Source: Nitrospinaceae bacterium
GTDB taxonomy: Bacteria; Nitrospinota; Nitrospinia; Nitrospinales; Nitrospinaceae
Direction of reading: 5' to 3'
Assembly (NCBI GenBank): GCA_965237905.1
Contig: OZ250172.1
Coordinates: 352,001 to 416,000 of the forward strand
Length of the DNA stretch: 64,000 nt
The notes under the pieces are model-generated. The model had not been told where the DNA came from. It was given only the letters and a program-made list of their open reading frames with translations, and did no database searches. The position numbers and the translations under genes are program-made. Below, in pieces: positions 9,232-19,392 of the stretch. Positions within the stretch are counted from its first letter, which is position 1; each line of letters opens with the position of its first letter.

Positions 9232-10281
9232 ATGGCAGATCAAAAGGCAAAATCATTGCGACAATGGCTCCAATCCAGGCTGGTTCTATTCTCCGCTGTG
9301 ATGGGGATCACGGGAATCGTCTTTATCGTCCTCTTGTACAATTATGGCAACACTCCCGCCAGTTCAAGCCCGGTGGAGCAGGTTGTCGAGATCAAACCGG
9401 GTATGACCCTCAGGCAAGTCTCCAATTTTCTCGCCGATAAGAAATTGCTGGATGAACCCAGCGCGTTCGTCCTGTACGCCTATTTTCAGGGAAAGCAAAA
9501 CCGCATTCAGGCGGGAGAGTACCGGTTTTCCCCATCCATTCCTCCCTGGAAAATCCTGGAGTCCCTGACAAACGGCACGGCCATTCTTTATACGGTCACG
9601 ATTCCAGAGGGTTATCGAATCACCGAGATAGCAGAATTAATGGAAAAAAAGGGGCTAGTGAACAAGGAGGCATTCATCGCGGAAACGCGAAACAAGGAGC
9701 TGCTGGATGCTCTCCAAATTCCTTCAGACGGCAGTCTGGAGGGCTATTTGTACCCTGAAACTTATAAGTTTTCCAAGGCTGTAGGAGCCAAAAAGATCGT
9801 TAAAACCCTTGTCGATACTTTCAAGGAACGCGTCCAAAAACCCGAATTGATGCAACAAACAAAAGCGGGTAATCTCACATTTCACGAAATCGTTACCCTC
9901 GCCTCCCTGATCGAAAAAGAAACCGGGCTCGGAACGGAAAGAAAATTGATCTCTTCGGTTTTTCACAATCGTCTGGTTAAAAAAATGCGTTTGCAAACGG
10001 ACCCGACCGTCATCTACGCAATGATGAGTTTCGACGGCAATATCCGCAAAAAGGATCTGTCCATTGATTCTCCCTACAACACCTACAAGTGCTTTGGACT
10101 TCCCCCCGGTCCGATTGCCAGTCCGGGTCTGGACTCCATTCGGGCGGCGCTGGACCCGGACCATTCGGATTTCCTCTATTTTGTTTCCCGCAAGGACGGG
10201 AGTCATCAGTTTTCCACCAACTACGAGGACCATACCCGGGCCGTTCAAAAGTACCAGCTGAACCACCGGGTCCGTGGTTGA
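9232..10281 (+). CDS. mltG: endolytic transglycosylase MltG
   Basis: N-terminal TM helix, 'TIPEG', 'LEGYLYPETY', 'LASLIEKE', 'LQTDPTVIY', 'SPYNTY..GLPPGPI'. Confidence 0.95.
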   Translation: MADQKAKSLRQWLQSRLVLFSAVMGITGIVFIVLLYNYGNTPASSSPVEQVVEIKPGMTLRQVSNFLADKKLLDEPSAFVLYAYFQGKQNRIQAGEYRFSPSIPPWKILESLTNGTAILYTVTIPEGYRITEIAELMEKKGLVNKEAFIAETRNKELLDALQIPSDGSLEGYLYPETYKFSKAVGAKKIVKTLVDTFKERVQKPELMQQTKAGNLTFHEIVTLASLIEKETGLGTERKLISSVFHNRLVKKMRLQTDPTVIYAMMSFDGNIRKKDLSIDSPYNTYKCFGLPPGPIASPGLDSIRAALDPDHSDFLYFVSRKDGSHQFSTNYEDHTRAVQKYQLNHRVRG

Positions 10282-10457
10282 CCAATAAAATCCTATATTT
10301 TTAACCCATTTAGGTAGAATTTAATTAAGTAATAGATTATCTATTCTTGTCCCTCAATTTAACTCATCCCTCCTATTCCAGCGGTCGTAATTATTGGTAT
10401 CAAGGCTTGTTTTTTTCGAGTACTTTGACGATAAGAAAAAAATAAACTCCTATCTCC

Positions 10458-12740
10458 ATGTCTATGAAATTTAAAATCATACTCCCATTTCTACTACTCC
10501 TGATCTGGCACCTGCCCGTGCCCGCGAGCGCGGATTTCCTCAGAATCGACGAGTACAAAGCCGCCCTCAAGGTGGACCCCAAGGATCATGTTGCGCATTA
10601 CGGCTTGGGCCGGGCTTACCGGCAAATGGGATTGTACGAAGACGCTATTAAAGAGTTCGAGCAGGTTTTAAAACTGGAGCCATTGTTCCCGGCCGCTTAT
10701 TTTGAAGCCGGCGAAAGCCATAAAGCCTTAAAAAGGTTCAAGCAGGCCGCGGACGCTTATCTGGAGGCGATCCGGATGGACCCTCATTATCCGGAAGCCC
10801 AATACGGGTTGGGCGACACCTACCTCATTATGGGGCAGTATGCTCGCGCCATCGATCATCTAAAAGAAGCCATCCGCCTCAGTCCGAATCTCAGCGAACC
10901 GTATTTTGCCTTGGGAAAGACCCACGCCGCGCAGGGCAATCACAAACGTGCCATCCAGGAATACAACAAAGCGCTTAATTTGAATCCCCTGCAGCCGGAG
11001 TGGCTGTACGCCTTGGGCCAAAGTTATGAAATCAAAAAACAATACCGGCGGGCCATGGCGGAATATCGCCAGGCGCTGGATCTGGATGCCAACTTTTACC
11101 GGGCCTATTCCGGTATCGGGCGGATTTATTTCAAACAAGGAAAACTGCGCAAGGCCCTGCCTCTCTTGCAGGATGCCCTGCTGGTTTACCCGAAGGACGA
11201 TGCCGCGCTGGACTACCTCGGACGCGTCTACTTTACTTTGGGCCAGCATAAGAAAGCCCTGCATCATTTGGAGCAATTAATCCAGGTTCGCCCGAAAAGC
11301 GCCGAGGCTCATTTCCAGTTAGGCAAAGCCTATTTGTCCCGTAATAACTATTCCAAGGCCAACCAATATTTCCAGGAAGCCGTTCGGTTGGACGACCGCC
11401 ATAAAAGGGCACACTTCAAATTGGCAAAATCATTTGAACAATTAAATGATTTGGAACAGGCCGCGCGGGAATACGGTCGGGTCGTACAAATCGATCCCAA
11501 ATATTCCCGGGCCTACTACCGATTGGGCACTATCCACATAGGCCTGAAGCAATACGACCAGGCCGTAAAAGCTTATGAAGCGGTGCTTCGGATTCAACCC
11601 TTAAACAAGGACGCCCAGGAACAGCTGGCCATCGCTTATGTTTATATTGGAAATTACAAAGACGCGGTACAGGGCTTTCAGAAAATTTTAAAGGACAAAC
11701 CCAAGTCGGCGAATCTCTGGTTTCAGTTGGGAAAGGCCCATTATTTCGAAAACAGCTACCGGGAAGCGATTCCTGCGTTCAATGAGTCCTTGCGCCTGAA
11801 TCCCAATACTGCCTGGGCCTATTTTTATCTGGGTGAGTCTTATCTGAAATCAGGAAATTACAAACAGGCGGTACCTCCCTATCGCAAAGCCCTGGCGCTG
11901 AACCCAGAACTCAAGGAAGCCGAACTGAGCCTGGGAATGGCCTATACCCAACTCCACCAGCCGAAGCACGCTTTGTTTTATCTGAAAAAAGTGATCGAAC
12001 GAGACAGTAAGAACTCCGAGCTGTATTTGCTGATGGCGGAAAACTATTTAAGGCTCGGCAAACACAAGGAAGCCATCGCCCCTTACAAAAAAGCGCTGGA
12101 GGTGGAGCCAAACAATCAAAAGATATGGCTCCATCTGGGGACGATTTATCTGAAAATGAAACGGTACGAGGATGCGATCGCGACCTATCATAAAGTTCTG
12201 CAACTGTCCCCCAACGATCCCCGTGTTTATTACGAGATAGGAAAAGTCAACACCACCGTGGGACGTCACGAAACTGCCCTCAATGCCTATGTCAAGGCCA
12301 TCCAGCTTCGGCCCAATTACCTGAGAGCGCGTTACCGGCTGGGCCTGTTATTGGAGTTAATGGGGAGGCACAAAGAAGCGATCAAACTATTTCAGTCCGC
12401 TCTGAAAATTCCTCACAAGGGGGATCGCGTCTATCTCAGCCTGGCTTGGGCTTTGACCGAAGAAAAACGGTTTTACGAAGCGGTGGACGTCTTGAGCAAG
12501 TCGATCGCGCGGAACCCGAAAAATCCAGAGTCCCATTATGTCCTGGGGCGGGCTTATCAGGGATTGGGACGCCTGCCTCTGGCGGTTCAATCGTACCAGG
12601 AAACTCTGCGCCTCAACCCGGGCCATTCGGGAGCCCAGTTCAAATTGAACCTTCTCCAGGCCCGGATGAAGGGTAAAGACCCTGTGCCGGTTTCCACCAC
12701 ACCACCCTCTTCCGTGCCGGTACCCATCCTGGAAGATTGA
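10458..12740 (+). CDS. exported tetratricopeptide repeat protein (about 20 TPRs)
   Basis: Signal-peptide-like N-terminus, continuous 34-aa TPR periodicity (A.Y.LG..Y......A...Y..AL..P), Pro-rich tail. Confidence 0.92.
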   Translation: MSMKFKIILPFLLLLIWHLPVPASADFLRIDEYKAALKVDPKDHVAHYGLGRAYRQMGLYEDAIKEFEQVLKLEPLFPAAYFEAGESHKALKRFKQAADAYLEAIRMDPHYPEAQYGLGDTYLIMGQYARAIDHLKEAIRLSPNLSEPYFALGKTHAAQGNHKRAIQEYNKALNLNPLQPEWLYALGQSYEIKKQYRRAMAEYRQALDLDANFYRAYSGIGRIYFKQGKLRKALPLLQDALLVYPKDDAALDYLGRVYFTLGQHKKALHHLEQLIQVRPKSAEAHFQLGKAYLSRNNYSKANQYFQEAVRLDDRHKRAHFKLAKSFEQLNDLEQAAREYGRVVQIDPKYSRAYYRLGTIHIGLKQYDQAVKAYEAVLRIQPLNKDAQEQLAIAYVYIGNYKDAVQGFQKILKDKPKSANLWFQLGKAHYFENSYREAIPAFNESLRLNPNTAWAYFYLGESYLKSGNYKQAVPPYRKALALNPELKEAELSLGMAYTQLHQPKHALFYLKKVIERDSKNSELYLLMAENYLRLGKHKEAIAPYKKALEVEPNNQKIWLHLGTIYLKMKRYEDAIATYHKVLQLSPNDPRVYYEIGKVNTTVGRHETALNAYVKAIQLRPNYLRARYRLGLLLELMGRHKEAIKLFQSALKIPHKGDRVYLSLAWALTEEKRFYEAVDVLSKSIARNPKNPESHYVLGRAYQGLGRLPLAVQSYQETLRLNPGHSGAQFKLNLLQARMKGKDPVPVSTTPPSSVPVPILED

Positions 12741-12975
12741 TTCCGCACCTATCCGGCACAAGACCGCCCGGCTAAGGTAACCCGCTGATTTTTCTCAACC
12801 TCGCATTGTTTTGAAAGAGGCTCAAGCAGGTCCTCCAAAATCCTTTGCGGTACCCAAAAAACTCCAACTCCTCTAAAATTCAACTCCCTTGAACCCCTTC
12901 AAAAATTGGCGGTTAAACCGGTCTCCCGGCAGAATCGAAGTGAAAATAACACCACATTTCAAGCCATATATTTAG

Positions 12976-13005
12976 TTGACAGTCGCCGGACCCCCCCTAT
13001 ATACT
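12976..13005 (+). promoter_or_regulatory. sigma70-type promoter upstream of nuoE-G-D
   Basis: TTGACA (12976-12981), 18-nt spacer, TATACT (13000-13005). Confidence 0.6.
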
Positions 13006-13112
13006 TCGGATTTCGTTTTGGATTTGATATAGTTGAATCGCGAATATCCTTGTAAAATTGGGAGTCTCAGCAGACTCCCGATACCCAACAATCACAATAT
13101 TGGAATCTTCCC

Positions 13113-13640
13113 ATGGAAACTCTAGATAACGAAAATATACCTGAAGAGACTGCGACCGAGACCGCTCCGGAAGAAAAAAAGATTTGCATGGAAACGGTTT
13201 GCCGGATATTGGACAGCTTTCCCAGCCGGTCCCGGCGGTATCTGATTCCCATGATGTCGAAAATGCAGGAGGAGTTCCGCTATCTCCCTGAGGACGTTAT
13301 CAAACTCGTGATGAAGGAACTGAAAATCACCCGCGCCGAAATTTATGGGGTGATTTCTTTTTATCATCAATTTCGTGTCACCGAGCCGGGAAAATATATA
13401 TACAGATTATGTTATGGCACCGCTTGTTTCGTAAAAGGAGCGCCCATCATTGCCGAGAAATTGAAGGAAAAATACCATATCGGCCAGGGGGAAACGGATG
13501 AAACCAAGCTGTTCACCCTGGAGTTTGCTTCCTGCCTGGGAAACTGCGGCGCCGCACCCATGGCCATTATCGGGGACGATACCTACGGCACCATCGATCC
13601 TGAAAAAACCATCGAAATCAGCAACAAATACACCCTTTAA
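13113..13640 (+). CDS. nuoE: NuoE/HoxE/HydC-family thioredoxin-like [2Fe-2S] protein
   Basis: 'YGVISFY..F', 'LCYGTACFVKG' and 'SCLGNCGAAP' ligands. Confidence 0.85.
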   Translation: METLDNENIPEETATETAPEEKKICMETVCRILDSFPSRSRRYLIPMMSKMQEEFRYLPEDVIKLVMKELKITRAEIYGVISFYHQFRVTEPGKYIYRLCYGTACFVKGAPIIAEKLKEKYHIGQGETDETKLFTLEFASCLGNCGAAPMAIIGDDTYGTIDPEKTIEISNKYTL

Positions 13641-13672
13641 TTGTAAACAAAAACTAGGAGCCCATAGCTGTT

Positions 13673-16249
13673 ATGAGCACCGCTGTAAAAAAAACGATCA
13701 ATTTTACTCTGAATGGCGAACCCATCTCCGCTCCCGAGGGAACGGTGATTCTGGACGCCGCCAAACGAAAAGGCGTCTTTATAACCAATTTGTGTTCCAA
13801 CCCGCAACTGAAACCCTTCGCCGCCTGCCGCACCTGCATGGTGGAAACCGTGGTCGACGGCAAAAAAGAGTTGGTGTATTCCTGCACCCACCCGGTCTCT
13901 GAAGGGATGGCCGTGAGAACCGATACCGAGGAAAGCGACCGCTACAACAAAGCCTGTTTGGAAATGCTGTTGGTGGAGCACCCGCTGGACTGCCCGATTT
14001 GCGATAAATCCGGAGTGTGCCCGCTACAAGACAACACCGATGCCTTAAGCCTGTATAACGGACGTTTTGAAATCCAGCGGCGCAACGAACCCAGCATCAA
14101 GACCAACCCCATCATCGAGTTTTATCTCAACCGATGCATCATGTGCGGGATGTGCGTTCGTGTCTGCGATGAAATCCAAGGCGTGCAGGCACTCGATTAT
14201 CACAAGCGCGGTTATAAAATCACCATCGGCACCGCCAACGAGGAACCGCTGGATTGCGAATTCTGCGGACAATGCATCACCGTCTGCCCCACCGGCGCTT
14301 TGATGGACCTGACCTCCGAGGCACGGGGCCTCGCTTCCATGTTCACCAATACGGAGACCACCTGCAATTTCTGTTCGTGGGGTTGTACGTTCAAACTGGA
14401 AACCAAAAAAGGCCAATTGGTCCGCATCGAAGGCGACGAAACCTTCGATGTCGGAATCAACCAGGGCAACCTGTGTGCCAAGGGACGGTTCGGACACGGT
14501 ATGGTGCAAAACGAAAACCGCATCCAAACCCCTCTGATGAACGTCGGCGGAGAATTCAAGGAAATCGGTTGGGGCGAAGCCATACAAACCATCGCAGAAC
14601 GCATCACCGCGACCGTGAACCGGAGCGGGCCTGCAAGCCTTGCGGCCATTGGTGGAGAAACGCTGACCAACGAAGAAAATTACCTGCTTCAAAAGCTGTT
14701 CCGGGAGGTCATCGGATCCAACCAGGTCACCAACCTGAATCATTTGCGCGCGCCCTACATCAATGCATTCCAACAGAAATGCTTTGAAGGCGGGATCGTC
14801 TCTAAGCCCATTACGGAGTTGGCAGAAGCCGATGTCGTTCTGCTGTTCAATACGGATATTCCTTCCGAATATCCCGTGGCGGGCAACTCCATCCGTCAAG
14901 GCGCCATTTACACCGGCACGGACATTCTGATCGCCAACCCCAGGAATGTGGAATTCAGGCACGAATCCCGGGTGGAAGTGCGCATGACCTACAAACCGGA
15001 GTCCGATGCCGCAGTGGCGAACCGGATCAGCCGGATCCTCATCGACAACAATCTCATTGATATCGCCAAAGTCAAGCAAGCTCTACCCAACTACGACGCC
15101 CTCGTGCAATCCCTGGTCAAATATACAGGCCTGTATACCGAGGAAGTCACAGGTGTGAGCGATGCGACTCTGATTCAGGCGGCTGAGCGGCTGGGACAAA
15201 ATGCCGACCGGTTTATTTTGATAGGTAACGATATTATAGAGACCGGACGGGGTGAAGCCATCCTGAGCGCCTTGCTGAACCTCAGTTTACTTCTCCTGCA
15301 TGGCGGTGAGGGGAGTGTCAATATCTACCCGCCGAGGGAGCATTGCAACTCTCAGGGGGTCAACGATATGGGAATGGTTCCGGAGACTCTTCCGGGATAC
15401 CAGCCGAATAATCTGAACCAGCAAAACCAGGTCGCCGATCTTTGGAAAAACTGTTCTCAAGGCGCTATCAAAATGCTGTTCATCGCCGGGGAAAACCCGT
15501 GCCATTCCAGCAACCGGGCCGCCATCGTGAAAGACGCCCTCCAAACGGTTCCCTTTCTCGTCGTTCAGGACATGTACATGACGGAAACGGCGCGTATGGC
15601 GGACATTATTTTGCCCACCTGCTCCTATGCCGAGAAGGAAGGCACGTTCACGAATATGTCCCGCCACGTACAACGAGTGGCACCCGCGGTTCTGCCTGAA
15701 GGACAAGCGCGCCCCGACTTCGAAATATTCGGCGATTTGGCGCAGGCGCTGGGCAAGCCGTTCGCTCATAGCTCCTTACGGGAGGTTCAAAAAGAAATTG
15801 AAAACGTTGCGCCCAGTTATAAGGGAACGTTCCCCGGCAAGAAATCGGCGCAATGGATTCCGACGGAATCCGGAAGCCAACCCGAGTTTGCACTTGTGGA
15901 AGAGGATGCCGTTGAGACTCCTCCACAGGACTACCCGCTGAAATTGATCACCAACAACCATATGTTCCACATTGGGAGTTATTCGCATTACGCCAAGGCG
16001 CTGGTCGATATTGGACCCGATTGTGTGGCCGAAATCAGCTATGAGGATTCCCAGGCAATGAATATCAACTCCGGCGATCGGATCCGAATTAAATCGGAAA
16101 CGGATTTTCTGGATGTCCCGGTGGCGGTCACCGACCGCACCCCTCCGGGCGTGGTGTATGTGCCCAAAAACTGGGTGGACGTACCGGTCAACAAACTGAG
16201 AAACGGGAACCGGGGACTCATTCCCGTAAGTATCAACAAACAGGATTGA
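13673..16249 (+). CDS. nuoG: NuoG-like multi-Fe-S protein with a degenerate molybdopterin-oxidoreductase fold
   Basis: [2Fe-2S] motif (NLC...ACRTC...SC), 'HPLDCPICDKSGVC', 'CIMCGMCVRVC', 'CEFCGQCITVCP', N7-type 'CNFCSWGC...LCAKG'. No Cys/Sec at the FDH Mo-ligand position ('NQVTNLNHLRAP'). Confidence 0.8.
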   Translation: MSTAVKKTINFTLNGEPISAPEGTVILDAAKRKGVFITNLCSNPQLKPFAACRTCMVETVVDGKKELVYSCTHPVSEGMAVRTDTEESDRYNKACLEMLLVEHPLDCPICDKSGVCPLQDNTDALSLYNGRFEIQRRNEPSIKTNPIIEFYLNRCIMCGMCVRVCDEIQGVQALDYHKRGYKITIGTANEEPLDCEFCGQCITVCPTGALMDLTSEARGLASMFTNTETTCNFCSWGCTFKLETKKGQLVRIEGDETFDVGINQGNLCAKGRFGHGMVQNENRIQTPLMNVGGEFKEIGWGEAIQTIAERITATVNRSGPASLAAIGGETLTNEENYLLQKLFREVIGSNQVTNLNHLRAPYINAFQQKCFEGGIVSKPITELAEADVVLLFNTDIPSEYPVAGNSIRQGAIYTGTDILIANPRNVEFRHESRVEVRMTYKPESDAAVANRISRILIDNNLIDIAKVKQALPNYDALVQSLVKYTGLYTEEVTGVSDATLIQAAERLGQNADRFILIGNDIIETGRGEAILSALLNLSLLLLHGGEGSVNIYPPREHCNSQGVNDMGMVPETLPGYQPNNLNQQNQVADLWKNCSQGAIKMLFIAGENPCHSSNRAAIVKDALQTVPFLVVQDMYMTETARMADIILPTCSYAEKEGTFTNMSRHVQRVAPAVLPEGQARPDFEIFGDLAQALGKPFAHSSLREVQKEIENVAPSYKGTFPGKKSAQWIPTESGSQPEFALVEEDAVETPPQDYPLKLITNNHMFHIGSYSHYAKALVDIGPDCVAEISYEDSQAMNINSGDRIRIKSETDFLDVPVAVTDRTPPGVVYVPKNWVDVPVNKLRNGNRGLIPVSINKQD

Positions 16250-16292
16250 CGGCCAGCCTGTCTTTTACTGAAGATAGAACACGAGCATAATT

Positions 16293-17483
16293 ATGTCTGA
16301 TCTGAAAGAAAATTTACATACCGATCATATGGTCCTCAATATGGGACCGTCGCACCCTGCCACCCATGGAACCGTTAAATTCCTGTTGACCCTGGATGGC
16401 GAAACGATAGTGAATTGTGTCGTCGACGTGGGCTATCTGCACCGCGGTTTCGAGAAAATGTGCGAAAGCGTCTCTTGGACCAATGTGTTCCCCTACACCG
16501 ACCGGCTCAATTACTGTTCAGCCATCATGAACAACATCGGGTATGCGCTGGCCGTTGAAAAACTTCTCGGGATCGAATGCAGCGACCGGTGCCAGTACAT
16601 CCGCGTGGTGACGAATGAGCTATCCCGCATCTCCGACCATTACACCAACATCGCCGCGGCCGCGCTGGAGTTGGGAGCCCTCACGGCTTTTATTTATTTC
16701 GTCGAGACCCGCGAAATCATCTGGGACCTTCTGGAAAAAGTCTGTGGCGCACGCCTCACGTCCACCTACGTCCGCATCGGTGGCCTGATGTGCGACCTGC
16801 CGCCCGGCTTCGATGAGGATCTGCAGGCGGTTTACCCGAAACTGGACAGCCTGTACGATGATGTCGACAAACTGTTGACCAAAAACCGGATCTTCCTCGA
16901 CCGCATGCGGGATACCGGAACCATCTCCAGGGAAAGCGCCATTTCTTTCGGGTTCACCGGTCCCTGCCTCCGGGCCTGCGGAGTCGATTACGATGTCCGG
17001 AAAGCTCAGCCCTATATGCTTTACGACCGCTTCGACTTCGATATCCCCCTGGGCACGACCGGCGACAACTTCGACCGGTATCTGGTGCGCATGGAAGAGA
17101 TCAAGCAAAGCTTCAAAATCATCAAGCAGGCTATGAAAGAAATGCCCGACGGCCCCATCAATGTCGACAACCCCTACATACGGCAACCCTCCAAGCAGGA
17201 TACTTATTCGAAAATGGAGGAAATGATCGCCCATTTCAAGATAACCATCGACGGCCTGAAACCCCCGGTCGGCGAAGTATACATGGCCACCGAGGCGGCC
17301 AACGGGGAACTGGGCTTCTATATTGTCAGCGACGGCAGCGGTCGACCCTACAAATGCCGGGTACGACCTCCCTGCTTCACCATGACCGCCGGAATGGAGG
17401 AAATCGTCCGCGGCGCCATGCTGGCGGACATCATCCCGACCTTCGACATGCTCAACATGATCGGCGGCGAGTGCGACCGCTAA
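16293..17483 (+). CDS. nuoD: NADH-quinone oxidoreductase subunit D
   Basis: 'NMGPSHPATHG', 'GYLHRGFEK', 'DRLNY', C-terminal 'GECDR'. Lacks the paired CxxC motifs of NiFe hydrogenases. Confidence 0.93.
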   Translation: MSDLKENLHTDHMVLNMGPSHPATHGTVKFLLTLDGETIVNCVVDVGYLHRGFEKMCESVSWTNVFPYTDRLNYCSAIMNNIGYALAVEKLLGIECSDRCQYIRVVTNELSRISDHYTNIAAAALELGALTAFIYFVETREIIWDLLEKVCGARLTSTYVRIGGLMCDLPPGFDEDLQAVYPKLDSLYDDVDKLLTKNRIFLDRMRDTGTISRESAISFGFTGPCLRACGVDYDVRKAQPYMLYDRFDFDIPLGTTGDNFDRYLVRMEEIKQSFKIIKQAMKEMPDGPINVDNPYIRQPSKQDTYSKMEEMIAHFKITIDGLKPPVGEVYMATEAANGELGFYIVSDGSGRPYKCRVRPPCFTMTAGMEEIVRGAMLADIIPTFDMLNMIGGECDR

Positions 17484-17578
17484 GACTGCAACGCGTCGCC
17501 CTTTGCCTTCTTCAGTTCCAAATGATTTCCAGGGAAACTCCTTCCCATAGTCTTTGCAATCCCTGATACTGTCAATCC

Positions 17579-18568
17579 ATGACCCGATTTCTAAAACCTC
17601 TGTTCCTGATCCTCGGCCTGCTGCTGTTCATTTGGGCGTTGCGGGAGGTGGACCTTTCACAGGTTGGCGACCTCTTGCTGGAAATGGGCCCGGGCCTGCT
17701 GGCCGTTATCCTGGCCTTTGGCCCGGTGACCTGGTTCGATGCCCTTTCCTGGAAGTACGCTTTTAAACCTGAAGAAGCTAAAACGATTCATTCCTTCGCC
17801 ATTTGGCGTATCCGGATCATCGGCGAGGCATTCAACGCCATCACCCCTCTGGGCACCATGGGCGGCGAACCGGTCAAAGCCCATTTGCTGAAAGAGAAAT
17901 ACGGCCTGACCTACAAACAGGGTGCGGCGTCCCAAGTGGTGGCGCGAACCACCTTGACGGTCTCGCTGATCCTATTCATGATCCCCGGCATCGTGTTCCT
18001 ATTCATGGATCAAGGTATCGCCGAGACTTTCAAAATCTCCAGCCTGACCGGACTGATCACCTTTTCCGTCCTCATATTTTTGTTTCTGCTGTTTCAGGTC
18101 ACCGGCACCTTGAGCCGGATGGCCCACGGATTCAACCGACTGTTTCCCACCCAGACCCCGCGCCCTTCGCTGGAGCATTTGGTCGCCCTCTGCGGCATGA
18201 TGTCCAGCTACTACCGCCAGCATCGCGGATTGTTTCTAAAATCGGTTGCTTTCGGTTTTCTCGGATGGGTGGCAGGCGTGTTGGAGCTTTATCTGACCCT
18301 ATTCTTCCTGGGGATACCTGTGGGTTTCAAGGAATTGTGGATCATCGAATCCCTGTTGCAGTTGGTCCGGGCGGGGAGCTTTTTCATTCCGCTCAGCTTG
18401 GGCGCTCAGGAGGGCGGATTGATCCTGATTTTTACTTCGATGGGGATGGCCGGCCCTCTGGGCCTGGCGGTGTCTTTCGTGCGGCGTATCCGCGAACTGG
18501 TGTGGATTGCTTTGGGATTATTATTGGGCTGGGTCAAGGCTTCCGGAGTTCAAAGAGAACACCCCTGA
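17579..18568 (+). CDS. lysylphosphatidylglycerol synthase TM region/UPF0104 flippase-like membrane protein
   Basis: Multi-TM protein with 'FNAITPLGTMGGEPVKA' and 'PLSLGAQEGG' family motifs. Confidence 0.85.
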   Translation: MTRFLKPLFLILGLLLFIWALREVDLSQVGDLLLEMGPGLLAVILAFGPVTWFDALSWKYAFKPEEAKTIHSFAIWRIRIIGEAFNAITPLGTMGGEPVKAHLLKEKYGLTYKQGAASQVVARTTLTVSLILFMIPGIVFLFMDQGIAETFKISSLTGLITFSVLIFLFLLFQVTGTLSRMAHGFNRLFPTQTPRPSLEHLVALCGMMSSYYRQHRGLFLKSVAFGFLGWVAGVLELYLTLFFLGIPVGFKELWIIESLLQLVRAGSFFIPLSLGAQEGGLILIFTSMGMAGPLGLAVSFVRRIRELVWIALGLLLGWVKASGVQREHP

Positions 18569-18597
18569 GATTTTCTCTGGGAAACGAAAACCTTCAA

Positions 18598-19179
18598 TTA
18601 CAGGACATCACGCCGCACGCCGCGGCCCTTTCCACGGCCGAACGGGTTGCGTTTAACCGATTCGGTGAACACGTCGTTCTGCTGAACCAGGCCGTCGTGC
18701 GGGGTCCGGATGGTGCCAATGCGCTTATCCTTTAATTCCTTGATGGCATCTTCGATCATTTTTTCTTCCTCGCTCTTCACGCGCTCTCCCTTGGGTTTGG
18801 GTTTGCCTTGCGGGGACTGCGCCTGCGCGGCCGGTTGTTGCGGCGCGGGTTTGGAAGTGTCGGTGGCCGGGGTGGCGGTTGATTGAGCGGTCGGCTGACT
18901 GGAAGGTGCGGCCTTCGGATGAGATCCTCCCAACTGGGCGGTGACTTCCTCTTCGGTGGTGGCAGGAGCGTTTTCAGGATTAGGAAGCTCGGCGGTATCT
19001 CCGCCTTCCGCTTGCGCCACCTGATCACCTGATACTTCTTCGGCTTCCTTCATGGAGGTTTTGAAATTTTTGATACTGCGGCCGAAGGCGTTCCCGATTT
19101 CCGGAAGTTTGCCGGCGCCGAATATAATCATGATAATGATCAGAATGACCATTAACTCTGGAAAGCCGATGCCCATCAT
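18598..19179 (-). CDS. tatA: TatA/E-family translocase subunit with a long C-terminal extension
   Basis: '[38 protein letters not shown]' TatA core, then about 140 extra residues. Confidence 0.85.
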   Translation of the reverse strand: MMGIGFPELMVILIIIMIIFGAGKLPEIGNAFGRSIKNFKTSMKEAEEVSGDQVAQAEGGDTAELPNPENAPATTEEEVTAQLGGSHPKAAPSSQPTAQSTATPATDTSKPAPQQPAAQAQSPQGKPKPKGERVKSEEEKMIEDAIKELKDKRIGTIRTPHDGLVQQNDVFTESVKRNPFGRGKGRGVRRDVL

Positions 19180-19228
19180 AACTCTGTCTCCGTGTGGTGT
19201 TTAAACCTGTCTCTAAAAATTCGAGATT

Positions 19229-19237
19229 ATTATAACA
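19229..19237 (-). promoter_or_regulatory. extended -10 element upstream of tatA
   Basis: TGtTATAAT on the minus strand, about 50 nt before the start codon. Confidence 0.45.
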
Positions 19238-19340
19238 CAACCGGAAAATCCCCACCGGCGATCCTATAATCAAATTAATATCAATACTTTCAATTAGTTA
19301 TAATAACACTACTTAAGTATTGGATGCACCCAAATAACAA

Positions 19341-19368
19341 CGGGAAGCCGGTTCTGCCCAGCTTCCCG
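19341..19368 (-). terminator. probable intrinsic terminator of the 19393..19752 gene
   Basis: Stem CGGGAAGC/GCTTCCCG followed by a U-rich TTGTTATTT on the minus strand. Confidence 0.55.
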
Positions 19369-19392
19369 CAGTGGGTAACTCTGAAAATTTGG

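Noticed and set aside
13673..16249. Formate dehydrogenase alpha or selenoprotein
   Set aside because: There is no Cys/Sec-His at the Mo-ligand position and no in-frame TGA; the N-terminus is NuoG-like.
16293..17483. NiFe-hydrogenase large subunit
   Set aside because: It lacks the N-terminal RxCxxC and C-terminal DPCxxC motifs and has NuoD signatures.
17803..18735. 310-aa alternative-frame ORF
   Set aside because: It overlaps two well-supported genes and has Arg/Pro-rich off-frame composition.
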